A stretch of DNA of 63,390 bases, filler included, from Phoronis australis (Eukaryota; Animalia; Phoronida): NCBI GenBank assembly GCA_002633005.1. It is 7 parts of 7 records of this genome, joined end to end, with 100 filler letters (N's around TTAATTAATTAA, not from the genome) between each part and the next. Parts side by side here need not be neighbours in the genome. Positions count along the whole stretch, not along the records: positions 23,580 to 48,280 come from NMRA01000304.1; 6 more parts are not named here. One strand, 5' to 3'. A model generated the notes under the pieces. That model saw nothing but the letters and a program-made list of their open reading frames with translations, made no database searches and was not told the DNA's origin. Each line of letters begins with the position of its first letter. The first letter of the stretch is position 1. A program made the translations under genes and the position numbers. Of this stretch, positions 26,519 through 39,165 are shown in pieces.

Positions 26519-27450
26519 TATACTAGTATAATATACTAATATAATAGTATAATCTAGTATAGTTTATACTTGTGATTTTTGAGCTCTAAACACACAAAAC
26601 GCTTGTTATCCCGGACAGGGGCTCGGAACCCTATCAGGCCCATCGTCGCGGCCGGACTGACTCGTTATCCTGTCCAGTGGCTCGGAGCCCGATCAGACCC
26701 GTTGCGGCCGCCGGGTCTGGCACGAACATAAACCAGCTAATTGAGTTGGAAACTAAGCCTCCAGTCACGAAAAGACTATAATAGTGAGCCAAAGAAATAA
26801 TGTCCACGTAATTATTTATGTGAATTAGCCACGAAACTGAAAATCTACTTACTTGTCGATCGGGGGCCGCGAAGTCGGTTTCCCCTTCCACAGACCGTCA
26901 GGGCAAAGGTTGTACAGTAACAATGATTTGAATAATTTATTTGTATTTCTAAACAAAGATTCCCCTAACATGTGACCATAGCATATTATGTATCACAACA
27001 GCTTTCTATCAGCAATTACTGAATTAGCATGCGTCTCGGTGCCCGGTCAATTACCTTTGTTGCCGGCATCAAAAGCCGGTAACGCAGTGTTTTATTCATT
27101 ACTGGCTTCTCAAAACATTTGAACTCACGAGCACTCAAAGGCATTACAAATTGTATCTAATGAGACAGACTTTGCTTCAGTTTCATATAAGCATTGGTTA
27201 GGATGAGAATTATTCATTTTGAAACAGAACGCAGAATAATAAACGTCTACAAGGCAACTCGCCGGCGCCAATCCCGACTTAGCAAGAGCGGCATCCGACG
27301 AAGACTTCACGGGTCGGATCGTTAGGTTTCACAAGTTATTAGTTCGAACCGGAATACACTGATCAAGGAATACTAGAGAGGCGTCATGAACATACACAGG
27401 CAACGGAACGTATGGATAGTTCTTCGGTAAGCCGGAATTCGTCAGAGAAA

Positions 27451-27655
27451 TCAGTCGACGAAATGCCGACCACAGATATGGAGATGTTTCGCGGCCTCAT
27501 ACTTGCTATTAACAGCGTACCTTTCATTCTTCACTACCGCGAGCCACTTCCTAAGCTCTTCGGGTTCTCGAGGAAGTCGAAAAAACAATATACCCACTTT
27601 TTTCGCAGCTTCCAGTTCGGACAAGCGGGAACGATGCACCGCAATATAGCGGCAT
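27451..27655 (-). pseudogene. THAP zinc-finger pseudogene within Kolobok-like element
   Basis: CIVPACPN lies in one frame. After a frameshift at an A6 run the sequence reads GILFFRLPREPEELRKWL...HLHICGRHFVD*, giving the C2CH THAP signature with P, W and HF. Confidence 0.75.
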
Positions 27656-27902
27656 TCACTCTGCAGACGAACCACTGACGTCGCTGCGTCGTTTCTCACC
27701 TTCCTCAAAGGTTAACGCGACACCTCTTGGTAAGGTGAGGTCGACCGTATAAGAGGCGATGTGGATATAGACCGATTAAGACGGTAAAAAAGTCTAATTA
27801 AATCGGGTGGTATTCTCCTTTAAGTAAAATCGTAGATTATAGACAACAGATTCGCAACTCCTACATTTTCTTCCGTGCTAGCTAAGAGGCGCCGCCACTC
27901 TC

Positions 27903-29537
27903 CTAAATTTTCTGGTGCAGTTTCCGGTTAGTGTATTTTGACGAGAAATATTCGCATCTACTTTACTGTCCAGTACAACGAAAAAAATATTAATTTCGGT
28001 ATTGAAACGCTGTTCAAAGTCTTTCAATAGTAGAAGTGTTGGTATCGTGAGTACTTTTGGTAATGCTACTGGTAATTAATTACAAAATTCAAACTTCGGT
28101 GGCGACTGATTACTACGAAAGCATGTTTGTGCACAAATTCCAAGGAGTACCTGTGAATGCAAAAGATACTTATATAACGTTTTTGGTTTAGAAAAATATT
28201 AATTTTGTTCGAATCAAAAATGCGCCTCTGCAACGATTTGACTATTTTAACCTTTGCATGTTTACAATTCAAAATTCTCCCATTATTTTATCCCCGTTTG
28301 AAGGCTGGTAACAGGCACTCGTCCACTGAGGACATTTTCTTAGCCTGGGTTCCTGAATGAATTGTACTTCCGGTTTCGCGGCAAGTTCAAAATGGCGGTG
28401 GTTCTCAGGGGTGCGAATCGTGAGTGGCGGGTTCATTTAAACTTTTTTCGAGTGCAGATCGTGTATTAGTTATGGGGTAGGTACTTCTTGGATCCTTATA
28501 ACATCCTCTAACCATGTGATAAGGGTTAACAATGTGTGCGACAAGGACTTGAAGCGGATTTTTCTAAGGGCGAAAACGGTAATATTTCAGAAGGGCAATA
28601 CTTAGTATCCTTTATGCACGGGGCCCTTTTGTTACATTAGGAGTGGGATTGGTTCATTATGTACCCTACAGGTGGCATAGGACTTTACAAAACTGGTTGA
28701 AGAATTTTGTTTTCGTCATAAACGTTCGTTTGAAAGGCTTAAGTTTGGAAATGTTAGGACTTAAGGCAGAAATTTACAAACCATTTGTCCGCTTACAAAA
28801 ATTTAACATTGAAGAACAAAAACAACCTTCACACCCCTCTGGTGTTCCATGTTTTCAAAGAAGTTGGTTGCATTTTCATAGACTGCAGTAGAGAGATTTT
28901 GCTGTTGAATTGCGAGATAGATTTTGACTGGTCCAGGTGATAATTTCTAAAGTATTAATGCAATCCTTATTTATCTTAAAGGTTTTACCAGCGTTCTATT
29001 TATTTGTTCACGAATGTGAACTTGTTGAAATCGCTGATCCAAATCCTGGCCAAATGTGCGCATTCTGCTGAGACCAACCGTCTGATCAGGACCAGCAAAG
29101 AGTAATTTGGTTAATTCGCTCACTAGACTATGGCTGAAGTTCCTCGTAAGGACAGGAGTTCATGAGACACTACCTTTGGAAGAAATTTAGCGGACAATTT
29201 TCGTCAAAAAGTTTACCAGATAGTTTTCATCAAAACGGAGAAAGCAAAAATGGATTTGTAAAGACAGGATCAAGTAGTAGGCCTACCAGAGCCTCTTAAA
29301 AAACATTCATCTTCAAAGTGCCTTGAACAAATGTATAAAGTATTATTGCTGAAACAACTGCCATTCACGTTGACACAAGAAGTAAGCTTTTCTTCCCACA
29401 GCCGATTATGGGGTCTTCGGATAGTATGGAAGCTAATTCCTTTGCATGTCGCGTGTGTGGCTGAACAACCGGCCACACAGCAGCCGGCCATGATTAGCAG
29501 ACGACGTACTTGCCGGAAATTGCACCAGAAAATTTAG
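27903..29537. mobile_element. Inverted-repeat-bounded element carrying a THAP exon
   Basis: CTAAATTTTCTGGTGCAGTTTCCGG (27903-27927) is a 24/25 inverted match to 29513-29537. The THAP ATG lies ~20 nt inside the right repeat. Outer termini and TSD are unresolved. Confidence 0.6.
29287..29491 (-). CDS. Intact THAP-domain first exon (MAGCCVAGCS...ISFHTI...LW...LYICSRHFEDECF)
   Basis: ATG start, C-x4-C, W and CSRHF THAP motifs. Candidate donor G|GTAGGC at 29286. No downstream exon identified, so it may be a transposon relic. Confidence 0.65.
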
Positions 29538-31315
29538 CCAGGTGTCGCCAGTGAATTATGACGTAAGGGCTTATGCGTAAGATCACAGATTTCGTCCATT
29601 GAAAGTATACGGAGTTGGCGGTCCACGTACTATGTTAAGTGAAGGAAAAGTCAGAATACGGTCCCCCGCAGTTAAACCCGTTACTGTTTATTCATGCATT
29701 GTTTGTTATTGTCAAAGTAAAGACTCGTCTATTTGCAAGAATCACTGGAAGCCAGTTTTAATTCTGTGCTCCTGGCCCGGGGTCTCGAACATTCCTGCAT
29801 TTCAAGAACTTATTACATGCATGAACCGATAACAGATTTGTGGTAGTTTTTTCAGGACCGATACCTGAACTCATCAAAAATTCTTTTGAACTGTCAGTAG
29901 TTTGGGAGAGAAATAGAGAGGTAATAGGCTATTAACTTACAATAAAAACACAATTGATGAACATATGTATATGTATATATGTATTAAGTGAAATGTTGTA
30001 AAACACAGTTGCTACAATACAATAGAATACAATATAATATAAGTGAGTAATAGAAAATGTAAGACGGGTATTATTAGTATTTACTATTCAAACATTTGAC
30101 ATTCGATTGGAAGACTGACATATGGAATCAATAGCATAAGTATTTCAATTAATAAATATACTTGACACCACAGTAAAAATGAATAAATAGGGGCCACCTA
30201 TCTACACTCAAAATACAAGTAGTGTTTCTGGGTAGTAGTGCAATTTATTTATGCTTATTCACGATGGACATAGTTACAGGAGAAGCACTGCATTGTAAGC
30301 ATCAAGTCATTTATTCCTGTAATATCTTGAAGGCCCTGCAAGTGAGTGGGTGCTTATCGTATCCAGAACTGACGGGGGTGTTTTTACTTTCATTGTTGGT
30401 TCTAGGATTGTGGAAACGTAAACAGAGAGTTGTCGTGCTCCATTTCTGTAAGAAAACTCTTGAGTATACATGTAGGTCTTAAGGAAGAGCAGAGTTTCTG
30501 GGAACGAGAATTTCTAATTGGCCTGTTGTTTCGGTTGTGACAACAAATGAAACTATTTTGAAAGTAATGTAGAAGTTGGTTATGTAAAATATTTTCAAGC
30601 AGGATAGCAGGTCACTACTCCAAAGGCCCACTACTCGAAGGTCACTATTTCCAAGGCCTACTACTCCCACAAAAACTGTTACTACGAATATTCAAAATTT
30701 TAAAATGATATTGATGCTAGATTCAGTAAAAACAACGCTACTCTGAAAAAAACATTACTTTGAATTGGACGGCCAAAAAAGGATCGGACAGGAAACCCGA
30801 GAACCGATGAAATTGCCTGGGTTTCCTGTCCGATCCACGGGATACCTGTTTTAATGATTGGAGTTCGTGTTTTTCAGGTTGGTTAGCTGTTTTCAAGGTG
30901 CTGAAGTCTGTTTTCGACTTCAGGATATCTGTTTTACACCATGGTTCCTGTTTCGATGGAGCACCTTGATATTGCTGTGCCATATTGTGACATTGGGAGT
31001 TGAATGAGTTTACATCGTATTTTGTCATTGTATCAGCCATCTTAATTTTTACTGTTTGCCATTGTGTTTTATAAGGTTTGTCATGCCTTTTTGTAGGTCA
31101 CCTGGTTGTCCGAACTCTTCAAAAAAGGTGTAACCTTGCAGATAGTAATCTAAGGCTCTTCTCTTGACCGAAAAGTGCTCCGGAATTTTCTCCCGGTTAC
31201 CTGTGTCAACGCCATTTTCTTCTTGGCTTGTGACGCATGGCAACCAATGAGCTATATATTTATCTCATTGGTGGCAACAAAAGACTATGTCTATGGTGGC
31301 AACACTGACTAATAT

Positions 31316-31615
31316 CATTGGCGGATTTAGGGGAGGGCCAAGGGGGCCATGGACGCCCTAAAATTCTACCAGATACCATTTGGGAGTTGGGGTGCGAGCA
31401 AGCAGGGGCTAGTCGTCGGGGGAGAATAAACAATGCATAGGCCCTGAACAAACTAAACAAACCCCGTTTACCGTTTTTTTTAGTCAACAGGTCCGTAACC
31501 CCAAGCATTCAAGGCCTCTGCGTCCCCACATTTTAGGCTGGGCGCGCGCATCTGCCGAAATTCTGGTTATTCCCGTACCATGCCCCCCTAACTCAAAATC
31601 CTGGATCCGTCCCTG
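31316..31615. mobile_element. GC-rich hAT-like MITE
   Basis: CATTGGCGGATTTAGG...CCTGGATCCGTCCCTG TIRs, flanked by AATAT on both sides. Confidence 0.7.
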
Positions 31616-31702
31616 AATATAGATGTCACTACCCGTCCGATCTCGCAAAGGTTCGTTGATCCACAGACATATAGGATAAAACTCATTTTATTATTTAACT
31701 AT

Positions 31703-32006
31703 AACATTGTAAATTTAGCTGCTCGTAGCCGTCCCACAGTTTGATCCATCGTTTACACAGTCGACAACACTTCTCGGATAAGGAAATGCCCTTCGTCTGA
31801 AGTTTCCAAGCCTCAAAATGTGCTATAAGAATAGTGAAACGGTCATGATACGGCATGTCTAGTTCTGAGAGCAGTTATACAGCTCGAGAAAAGCATCCCG
31901 TCATTTTTTGGGCATTCCCTAAGCCGAAAAGTGTTGTCGACTGTGTAAACGATGTCGGGATCAAACTTTGCGGAGAGCCACACGAGCAGCTAAACTTAAT
32001 AATGTT
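31703..32006. mobile_element. MITE with ~90-bp imperfect TIRs
   Basis: TTTAGCTGCTCGT..CATCGTTTACACAGTCGACAACACTT..ATGCCC is mirrored by GGGCAT..AAGTGTTGTCGACTGTGTAAACGATG..ACGAGCAGCTAAA. Confidence 0.75.
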
Positions 32007-35000
32007 GCTGGATTACTCGAAGGTTAAACACAAAATTAATATATTTGTTCTAAGATACGTACTTTTCAGTTTGATGGCTATACTCTAGGCTTATCTGATT
32101 TTGACTCCGGAGATTCACTCGTGTGGGTGCCTTTATCTCGGCATCTGCTGGATCCCAGCACTAGTCTAGCGGTAGTCCCCGGAAAGTTGTTTTTAAGGAC
32201 ATTTTTATTATTTTTCATTTATTTCGACCTATAATGGACATCGTTATTTCGTAGCACAGGCACATTTTTGTTATTCATTTACCCGTAGGTTGTCGTTCAA
32301 CTGAACTTCTCACCAAAACTGATAGATTCGATCGGCACATGTTGGCAGGGCAAAACCTTGTTCGAACTGTTGTCACGAAAAAATAAACTGTTGAATTACT
32401 TTTTGATGAGAACCTCTAGTATACACTACGCCTGTAGAGTGAAGGAGAGCTCGTTTTGTAGTGGTTCAAACACGATACTTGGATTTATGAAGTTTTAAAA
32501 AACAATTTTAGTTATTTTTGTAAATGGCCACTTTTTGCCACTACACTAAACCTGTCATCTTTTGTTACCATACCACAGCTTAGTAATCATGTTACTTTTA
32601 GAATTAAATGCAAACTACCTTTATGCAATGAAATTACAAAAAATATGAAGTTCATCATTGTCTTCATGGTACACCGAATTAGGGCCAATTCAATGCGTTA
32701 ATTTGACTTTTGGACATAGCCCTAGACCCACCTGAGCTAACTGCTTGCCTAAAGTAAGATGAGTGTGTGCCTAAGCTACGAACCTGATTTTTTAATCAAA
32801 ATATTTCGCTCGAAGATTAAAAAAGTATAAACAGTGCCATCGATTCGACTTACTTTAGTTGGAGAATACAATCAGTTGTGACCTACTTTTCATTTTGCGG
32901 AATTTAGCAGACGGTAGAACAAAAATAGCGGCGAATCTTCACTGATTTTGTTTGAAATATCCTGAAATCTATGGCATCGTACAGATACTTCGACTTTAAG
33001 GTAAATAGCCAGCTTTACACAAACATATCGGATCAGTGGCCTTGTCAGTTTTCAAGTTAAGGTGAACCCCGTGTGCGGTTCTTCAGATTTTCGCTGGCTC
33101 CGAAATACTTTTCCTAGAACACTTATTTTTTCATCGTCGCAGCTTAGTCACGAACGTACGATTTTCAGCTGAAAAGTATCGCCTGTTGTCTTTGTCGAAG
33201 CGTTTTTGGAAAGTGCAAAAAGCGCTCATCATCAATTCCAACAGGAGCGTCGTTTAGCGACTGATGGTGTATTTGCCTCTGTCATCTTGTTTGTTTGTCG
33301 GGTATCACGTGACTTTCTGAACGATAGGTCAATTCTTCAGGGTTTGATATTTCCCGCAGCTCGTTGTACAAGTGCTAGGCCGTACAGGTGGCGAAACGAT
33401 ACCTTAGATACTTTTATACAGTGTCCTTGACGATACTATGTTCTTTACTGACAACGTCATAGCAAACATAGCTATGTAGTTGTTGCTTCCGCTATTTTGC
33501 TTGTTTCAGCACACCATTTTGCCAACGTTTAATCCCAGACAATTGAATAACCTGGATGTATATGCCTTGGGTGTTGTGTCATGGTGTCTCATATGTTGCA
33601 TTGAATAACTGACTGTTTTTAGCCTTTAGTAGTTTGTTCAACAAACTTTCATATAATCTACAAACATGTTTTTCGTCGGGCAATAGCTGAAAGAGTAGAT
33701 CGCCGAGTGTGAGTGTCGTCACAAACACAAACACATGAGTGAACAGAACATAAAACATCGTACAAAACATTTCATAGCCGTCCACGACCCTCAATTTGTA
33801 CACGTGTAATCTTTTCAGCGCTGACGAAACGATTGGCTGTGTCTGGCGGGTCGTGGTCCTAAAAGAGCTCATTTTTGGTCTTTTGGAATTTCAACTTGAC
33901 AGTTTGCCACGCTCATTAGATACAATAGTCAACCGTCCGCATTTTCCGTACAGTGTACAGCTTGAGAAACGTTTTTTTTTGCACCAAATGGGACCCTCCT
34001 CTTTGGAACTGTTTTTCAATAACCTAAAACCATACAAGCGTATGCATTGAAGGTTAAGTTTCTTTCCTCCACGGTAACTATTCACCACTAACTTCATTGC
34101 ACACCTTAATAAAACCACCAAGCGCGAATTTTAAAATTGTTTTAGTCATTTCAAACTTCAAACCTCCTTGCCGCTTTTTGAAAGTTGCGTGAAACTCGTT
34201 TCTAGGCAACACCCTTTTAACCAATCGTGTCAATTTTACCTTGAAAGCCAGACCGTTTAAACATTTTCATGGCATGCTGCTTTAACTACTCTAGAACTTT
34301 AGAGTGAAGTTTCGCCTCGGTAGTCGCCAATTTGAAATGCTGCACGTTATTGTTAAACGCACGCGCTCTGAAACTTGTATCTAATATCTCATGTAATCAT
34401 GTCATCAAGGGTTGTACTTGATATGTTGTGCGAAAAGTTATTGCAAGGAGTGTAGTAGGCCTATAATAATTCTTCGTAAACTTCTTGGTTATATTTTGAG
34501 AAGGAGGGTGAAACAAGACCATAGTTCTGGAAAGGAGCAACGTGATGCATACCTACAAACTGAGTAAACGTTGCGGGAAAAAGGTTGTTTGATAGTTGAA
34601 GCTTATTGGATAACAAACTTTGCAGGGGCTCAGAGACAAAAACTGGTTACAGATTAACAATATCAGGCATTTTCAGTACCTTAAAAACTTGAACTTACCA
34701 AAAATTCTTGGTAGTCTGATCACATCCAATCGAGCAGCTGGGTAATTTGTAGTGATCTATGTTATTGTGCTCATGCCTCGTTTACCCATTGGAATGTTCA
34801 CTGCGTATTTTGAGATAGGAATATCAACTACAAAGTAAATGTGTCATTGAACTACAATTGCAGGACGTCACTCTTGCACGTGGACATATATTGAAGCGCT
34901 TTGCTGTCCAAGACGTGAGAGAGTCATGGACGTTGATGTTGAGGAGGAGGGCGAAACAAGACCATGGTTCTTGAAAAGAGCAAAGAGATACATCACTGAC

Positions 35001-35054
35001 AAATAAATAAAACTTTGTGAGGAAAAGGTACGTTTGACAGTGCAGACTTAAAGA

Positions 35055-36628
35055 TAGCCTTGGTACAAAGCTGTACCGTCAGAGGCCCTAAAGTCGTGAG
35101 TGCCCTAAAGTCGTGAACCATCTTATTTCCTCTTCTGCGCGGTCCTGCGACATCTGGCGTTGAAGTTTCCAGCGTTCGTCTGCTCACGAACGTCAAACGA
35201 ATACCCGGACGTGTTCGTATTCACAATATGATAACAAACAGTGAGTGAGTGGCTTCTTTTTTCAAATGTATCTTCAAAACAGCATATTTCACTAATCCAC
35301 TTTTTTGAGCATTTTTGGGATATTTTTTCGAAAATATTCATTGTTCAGATTTACTCAAACACGAGCTCAAGGGGTAGCTTGAACAATGTATCAAAATGTC
35401 CCAGGGTCGATAAAGTTTTGTAAGGCCAAAGCAATAAAATACAGAGAGATAATTGATGCTGGGTCCTTAGCGTTTTACGTGAACAACCTCATTGAAAACG
35501 TCTGTGCACATCAAAGTTGAGTGCACAACATATATATCAATTTATTTCAATTGCAACTGAATTAATAAACAATGCAATGCATTTTTATGTCATCTAGAGT
35601 AACTGTACGCACTGTAGTTGACTTGTGAGGTCTTACTTCGTGCATTTCCGTCTAACCGAAACGGTCATGACTTTAGGGCCTCACTCAAAATGGCCGCCGA
35701 GTATCAGCGACCGTTTCAAAATTCTGCTTACGGAGACAAACAAGGATTAAGATTGTCAAAACACGTATATTTGTGAAGGCTGATATATGTCCATGACATC
35801 ACATGAGCAGTTGCTAACGGACATTGGGTAGTATGACAATCGGCACTTATTATGCTTATATTCACGACTTTAGGTCACCGGTGTATATATAAATATACAG
35901 CTTTGCACCGATGTGGGTAAAAAAGTGATAAGATAAAATCTGACACGAAATTAATGTCATTAAATACTACGGTCTTCCTTGAATAAACTAAATTAGTTGG
36001 AAAAAATGGCGTTCTACCGTTATTCTGCTGCGAAAGTTGTGGAGCGAGCTTTAGCGACGGCTTTCGGCGCTTTGAAACATTGCGTCACCTATTGGCCAGT
36101 TTCTTTTTTCGCCGATTCTTCAATCGACTGTTCTTCTTTCACGAGGTTGCGTACACGTCACAACAAATCATCGGAACTGGTTTCACTTCATTATAAGTTT
36201 TTAGAATTTTGATACCGAAAAAACTGAATTTCAGAAGAAATTTTGCTGCTGCCAAGCTATCATCATCTCCCTAGAGATGTCACAAAAATTTAGGAAATGG
36301 CGCGTGCGCGTGACACGAGCGTATTGTTTTTAAAACGACGACATACTTTTCATTGTTTTAAAAGGTGGAGAGTTACGCAAGAAAATGCCGTTTATTGCAT
36401 TGTTTTTCACTTAAGCGGCTGTAACGGGCAAGGTGAATATCGGTTGATTCCCAAATTTTGCATGCACCCCGTCCGGTCTTTAGCTTTACGTGTTGATACA
36501 AGTTTCACGGCGCGGTGACGAGCAGAACTACTTGGCTGTGTACAATTTCGGGGTCTACGGAAGAAATACACAAAGTGGTACTTAGCTGTATTTTGACGAT
36601 AGTCTTCATACAGATAGCTGGCTGGCTA
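35055..36628. mobile_element. Academ-like non-autonomous element, copy 1 (contains Tc1-like insertion)
   Basis: TAG...CTA termini, imperfect 9-bp TSD ACTTAAAGA/ACTGAAAGG. The body aligns with 37002-37749. Confidence 0.72.
35076..35883. mobile_element. Tc1/mariner-type non-autonomous element
   Basis: TA TSD and imperfect TIRs with CCTAAAGTCGTGA / TCACGACTTTAGG. The empty site is visible in the paralogous copy at 37011-37045 (TACAAAGCTGTATACGAAATATAC). Confidence 0.82.
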
Positions 36629-37001
36629 ACTGAAAGGATAACAAAAAAGTAGTGTCGCGGCAAAGAGCTTAAAAATGGTTACAGATTAAGAGTATGGGAC
36701 ATTTTTTCAAGAAGTTAAGAAGTTAGATACATGAACGCACCAAAAACTATGTGAACTGTTACTAATCTCATAACATCTAGTCGAAGTGCTAAGTTGCTCT
36801 TTGAGACCTGTGTTATTGTGCACAAGCCTTGTTTAGGTATTGGAATATTCACGTAACCACATATTTTGAGACAGGAATATCGAATACAAAATTTTGCTAT
36901 AGTATCTTAATTACAAGAGACCACTCTTTCACCCTAAAATTTTGAAATGCCTTGATGCCCAAGACTTGAAAAAGTCGTGGACGTTGATGTTAAGGAGGTG
37001 G

Positions 37002-37749
37002 TAGTCTTGGTACAAAGCTGTATACGAAATATACAACTTTGCACGGATGTGGGTAAAAAAAACTGGTCAGATAAAATATGACATAAAATTGGTGTCATTA
37101 AAAAGTACAGTCTTCGTTGAGTAGACTAAATTGTTTAAAGGCGTTGGAAAAACGGCGTCCAACCGTTATTCTGCTGCTTAAGTTGCGGAGCTATCTTTAA
37201 CGACGCCATGAAATATTGCGTCACCTATTGGCCAGTTTCTTTTTTCGCAGATTCTTCAATCAACTGTTGTTCTTCCACGGGTTGCGTAGACGCCACAACA
37301 AATTCTCGGAACTGATTTCATTTAGTTACACGTTTTCAGTATTTTAATACGATCAAACCGAATTTCAGAATCAAATTTGCCTCTGCGAAGCTGCCATCAT
37401 CTCCCGAGACATGTCGCAAATTTTAGGAAATGACGCGTGCGCGTGTCACGAGCGTACTGTTTTCAAAACGACGACACAACATTTCTTTGTTAGAAAAGGT
37501 GGAGGATTACGCAAGAAAATTAGGTTTATTAGACTGTTTTTCACTTATACGGCTGTAACGGGCAAGGTGAGTGTCGTTTAATTCCCAGATTTTGCATGCA
37601 CCCCGTCAGGTCTTTAGCTCTACATGATGATACAGGTTTCACGGCGAGTTGATGAACAGAACTACCCTGGCTGTGTACAATTTCGGGGTCTATGGAAGTA
37701 AAATACACAGTACTTAGCTGTAGTATTCATACAGCTAGCTGGCTGGCTA
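37002..37749. mobile_element. Academ-like (AcademH-type TSD) non-autonomous element, copy 2
   Basis: Exact 9-bp TSD AGGAGGTGG (36993-37001 and 37750-37758), TAG...CTA termini, and subterminal hairpins AGCTGTA..TACA(G/A)CT at both ends. Confidence 0.8.
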
Positions 37750-38490
37750 AGGAGGTGGGCAAAACAAGAAGACCATCAATTTGCAACTGAGCAGTGATAC
37801 AATGCCAACACATTCAGAAAACGTTGCGAGTAAACGATTGTTTGACACTACAAACGTGTAGGATAACAAAGACACTAATATTTTGCAGGGGCTAAGAGAC
37901 AAAAACTGGTTACAATATCTGACACTTTTTTCAGGACCGCTAAAACTTGAACGTAACAAAAGTTCTCAAATTGTAAATAGTCTGAACACATCAAATCGAG
38001 CGGCTTGGTAATTTGTTGTGATGTGTCATGGTGCTCATTCTTCGTTTACCCATTGGAATGTTCTCTACATGTTTTGAGATTGGAATATCGAATACAAAGT
38101 TGTATCATTGTACTTCAGTTGCAGGACGTCACTCTTGCACATGGAAATTTATGAAAACGCTTTGCTGTTCAAGACGTGAGAGAGTCGTGGACGTTGATGG
38201 GGAGGGCGAAACAAGACCACAGTTCAATCTTGAAGAGGGCAAAGAGATACATCACTGACAAATAAATAAAACTCTGTGGGGAAAAGGTACGTTTGACAGT
38301 GCAGGTTTGAAGGATAACAGAAATAGTGCCGCGGCTAAGAGCTTGAAACTGGCTACAGATTAAGAATATCGGACGGTTTTTCAAGACGTTAGATACATGA
38401 ACTCACCAAAAACTCTTTGAACTGTTACCAATGTCATTACATCTAATCGAAGTGCTAAGTTTCTTTTCGAGATCTGTGTTATTGTGCATA

Positions 38491-39165
38491 AACAGACAAA
38501 ACGTGCCGAGAGTGGCGTACATGAAGTAATATCCCACTACATTATTCCGCCTATCGACCGAGACCGATCGAGGTACGTTTTGTATTTATCTCATACGCTT
38601 CGAATTCCTAAGTTTCTTTCATTTTTCCGCAGATTTTCTAAATACTTCTCTTAGACTGTTCACGTGGCAGATCATATCCTATATGTGTGTAATTGCGCCT
38701 GTAGGTTGCAAGTTTTCTCCAGTAAAAGAAACAGTTTTAAATGCAACGATTTATTACTTGAAAAGAGATAACAGAGAAAAAAGCAACGGCATCTTAGCAC
38801 TGGGCTTGTAACATCTCCTGAAAGTGGTTAAATAACAACAATATTTGATATTGTAGTTACCGTGGAATTGGCGCCTGAGTTGCAGACGATATAACATTAA
38901 GCAAATGAAAACAGAACTGTCATATAATTAACAGTCCTGTTCCGGATTTTACGATTGAGACCTGACTGCATGTTGAAATTGCATTACTTTAAACTATTTT
39001 CTGAAAGTTTGATGATCGAACAGGCTATCGACGTCGAGTCGACATTGACCTACCTTTTGAACTTTCCATGTCAGAGGTCGCTGTTGAAGTAGTGCGGGAG
39101 GTGAATACGGAAAACATTATTACATGGCCGTATTTCCCACTACTGATTCAACGCGTATGGGTTAA
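38491..39165. mobile_element. Unclassified insertion in the satellite with one piggyBac-like end
   Basis: Interrupts the consensus GTGCATA|AGCCTTG. Right end reads ..GGG|TTAA, with TCCCACTAC and ACATTATT repeated near both ends. No left TIR found. Confidence 0.5.

Larger units (their letters stand above)
24735..27819 (-). mobile_element. Kolobok-like DNA transposon (TTAA TSD), with THAP remnant and nested HINE
   Basis: TTAA|AGGAGAATGCCACCC at left and GGGTGGTATTCTCCT|TTAA at right (14/15 TIR match). A THAP domain starts just inside the right end. Confidence 0.82.

Noticed and set aside
33057-34109. TTAAGGTG...CACCTTAA as Kolobok-like termini
   Set aside because: Only 4 bp match beyond TTAA; could be chance.
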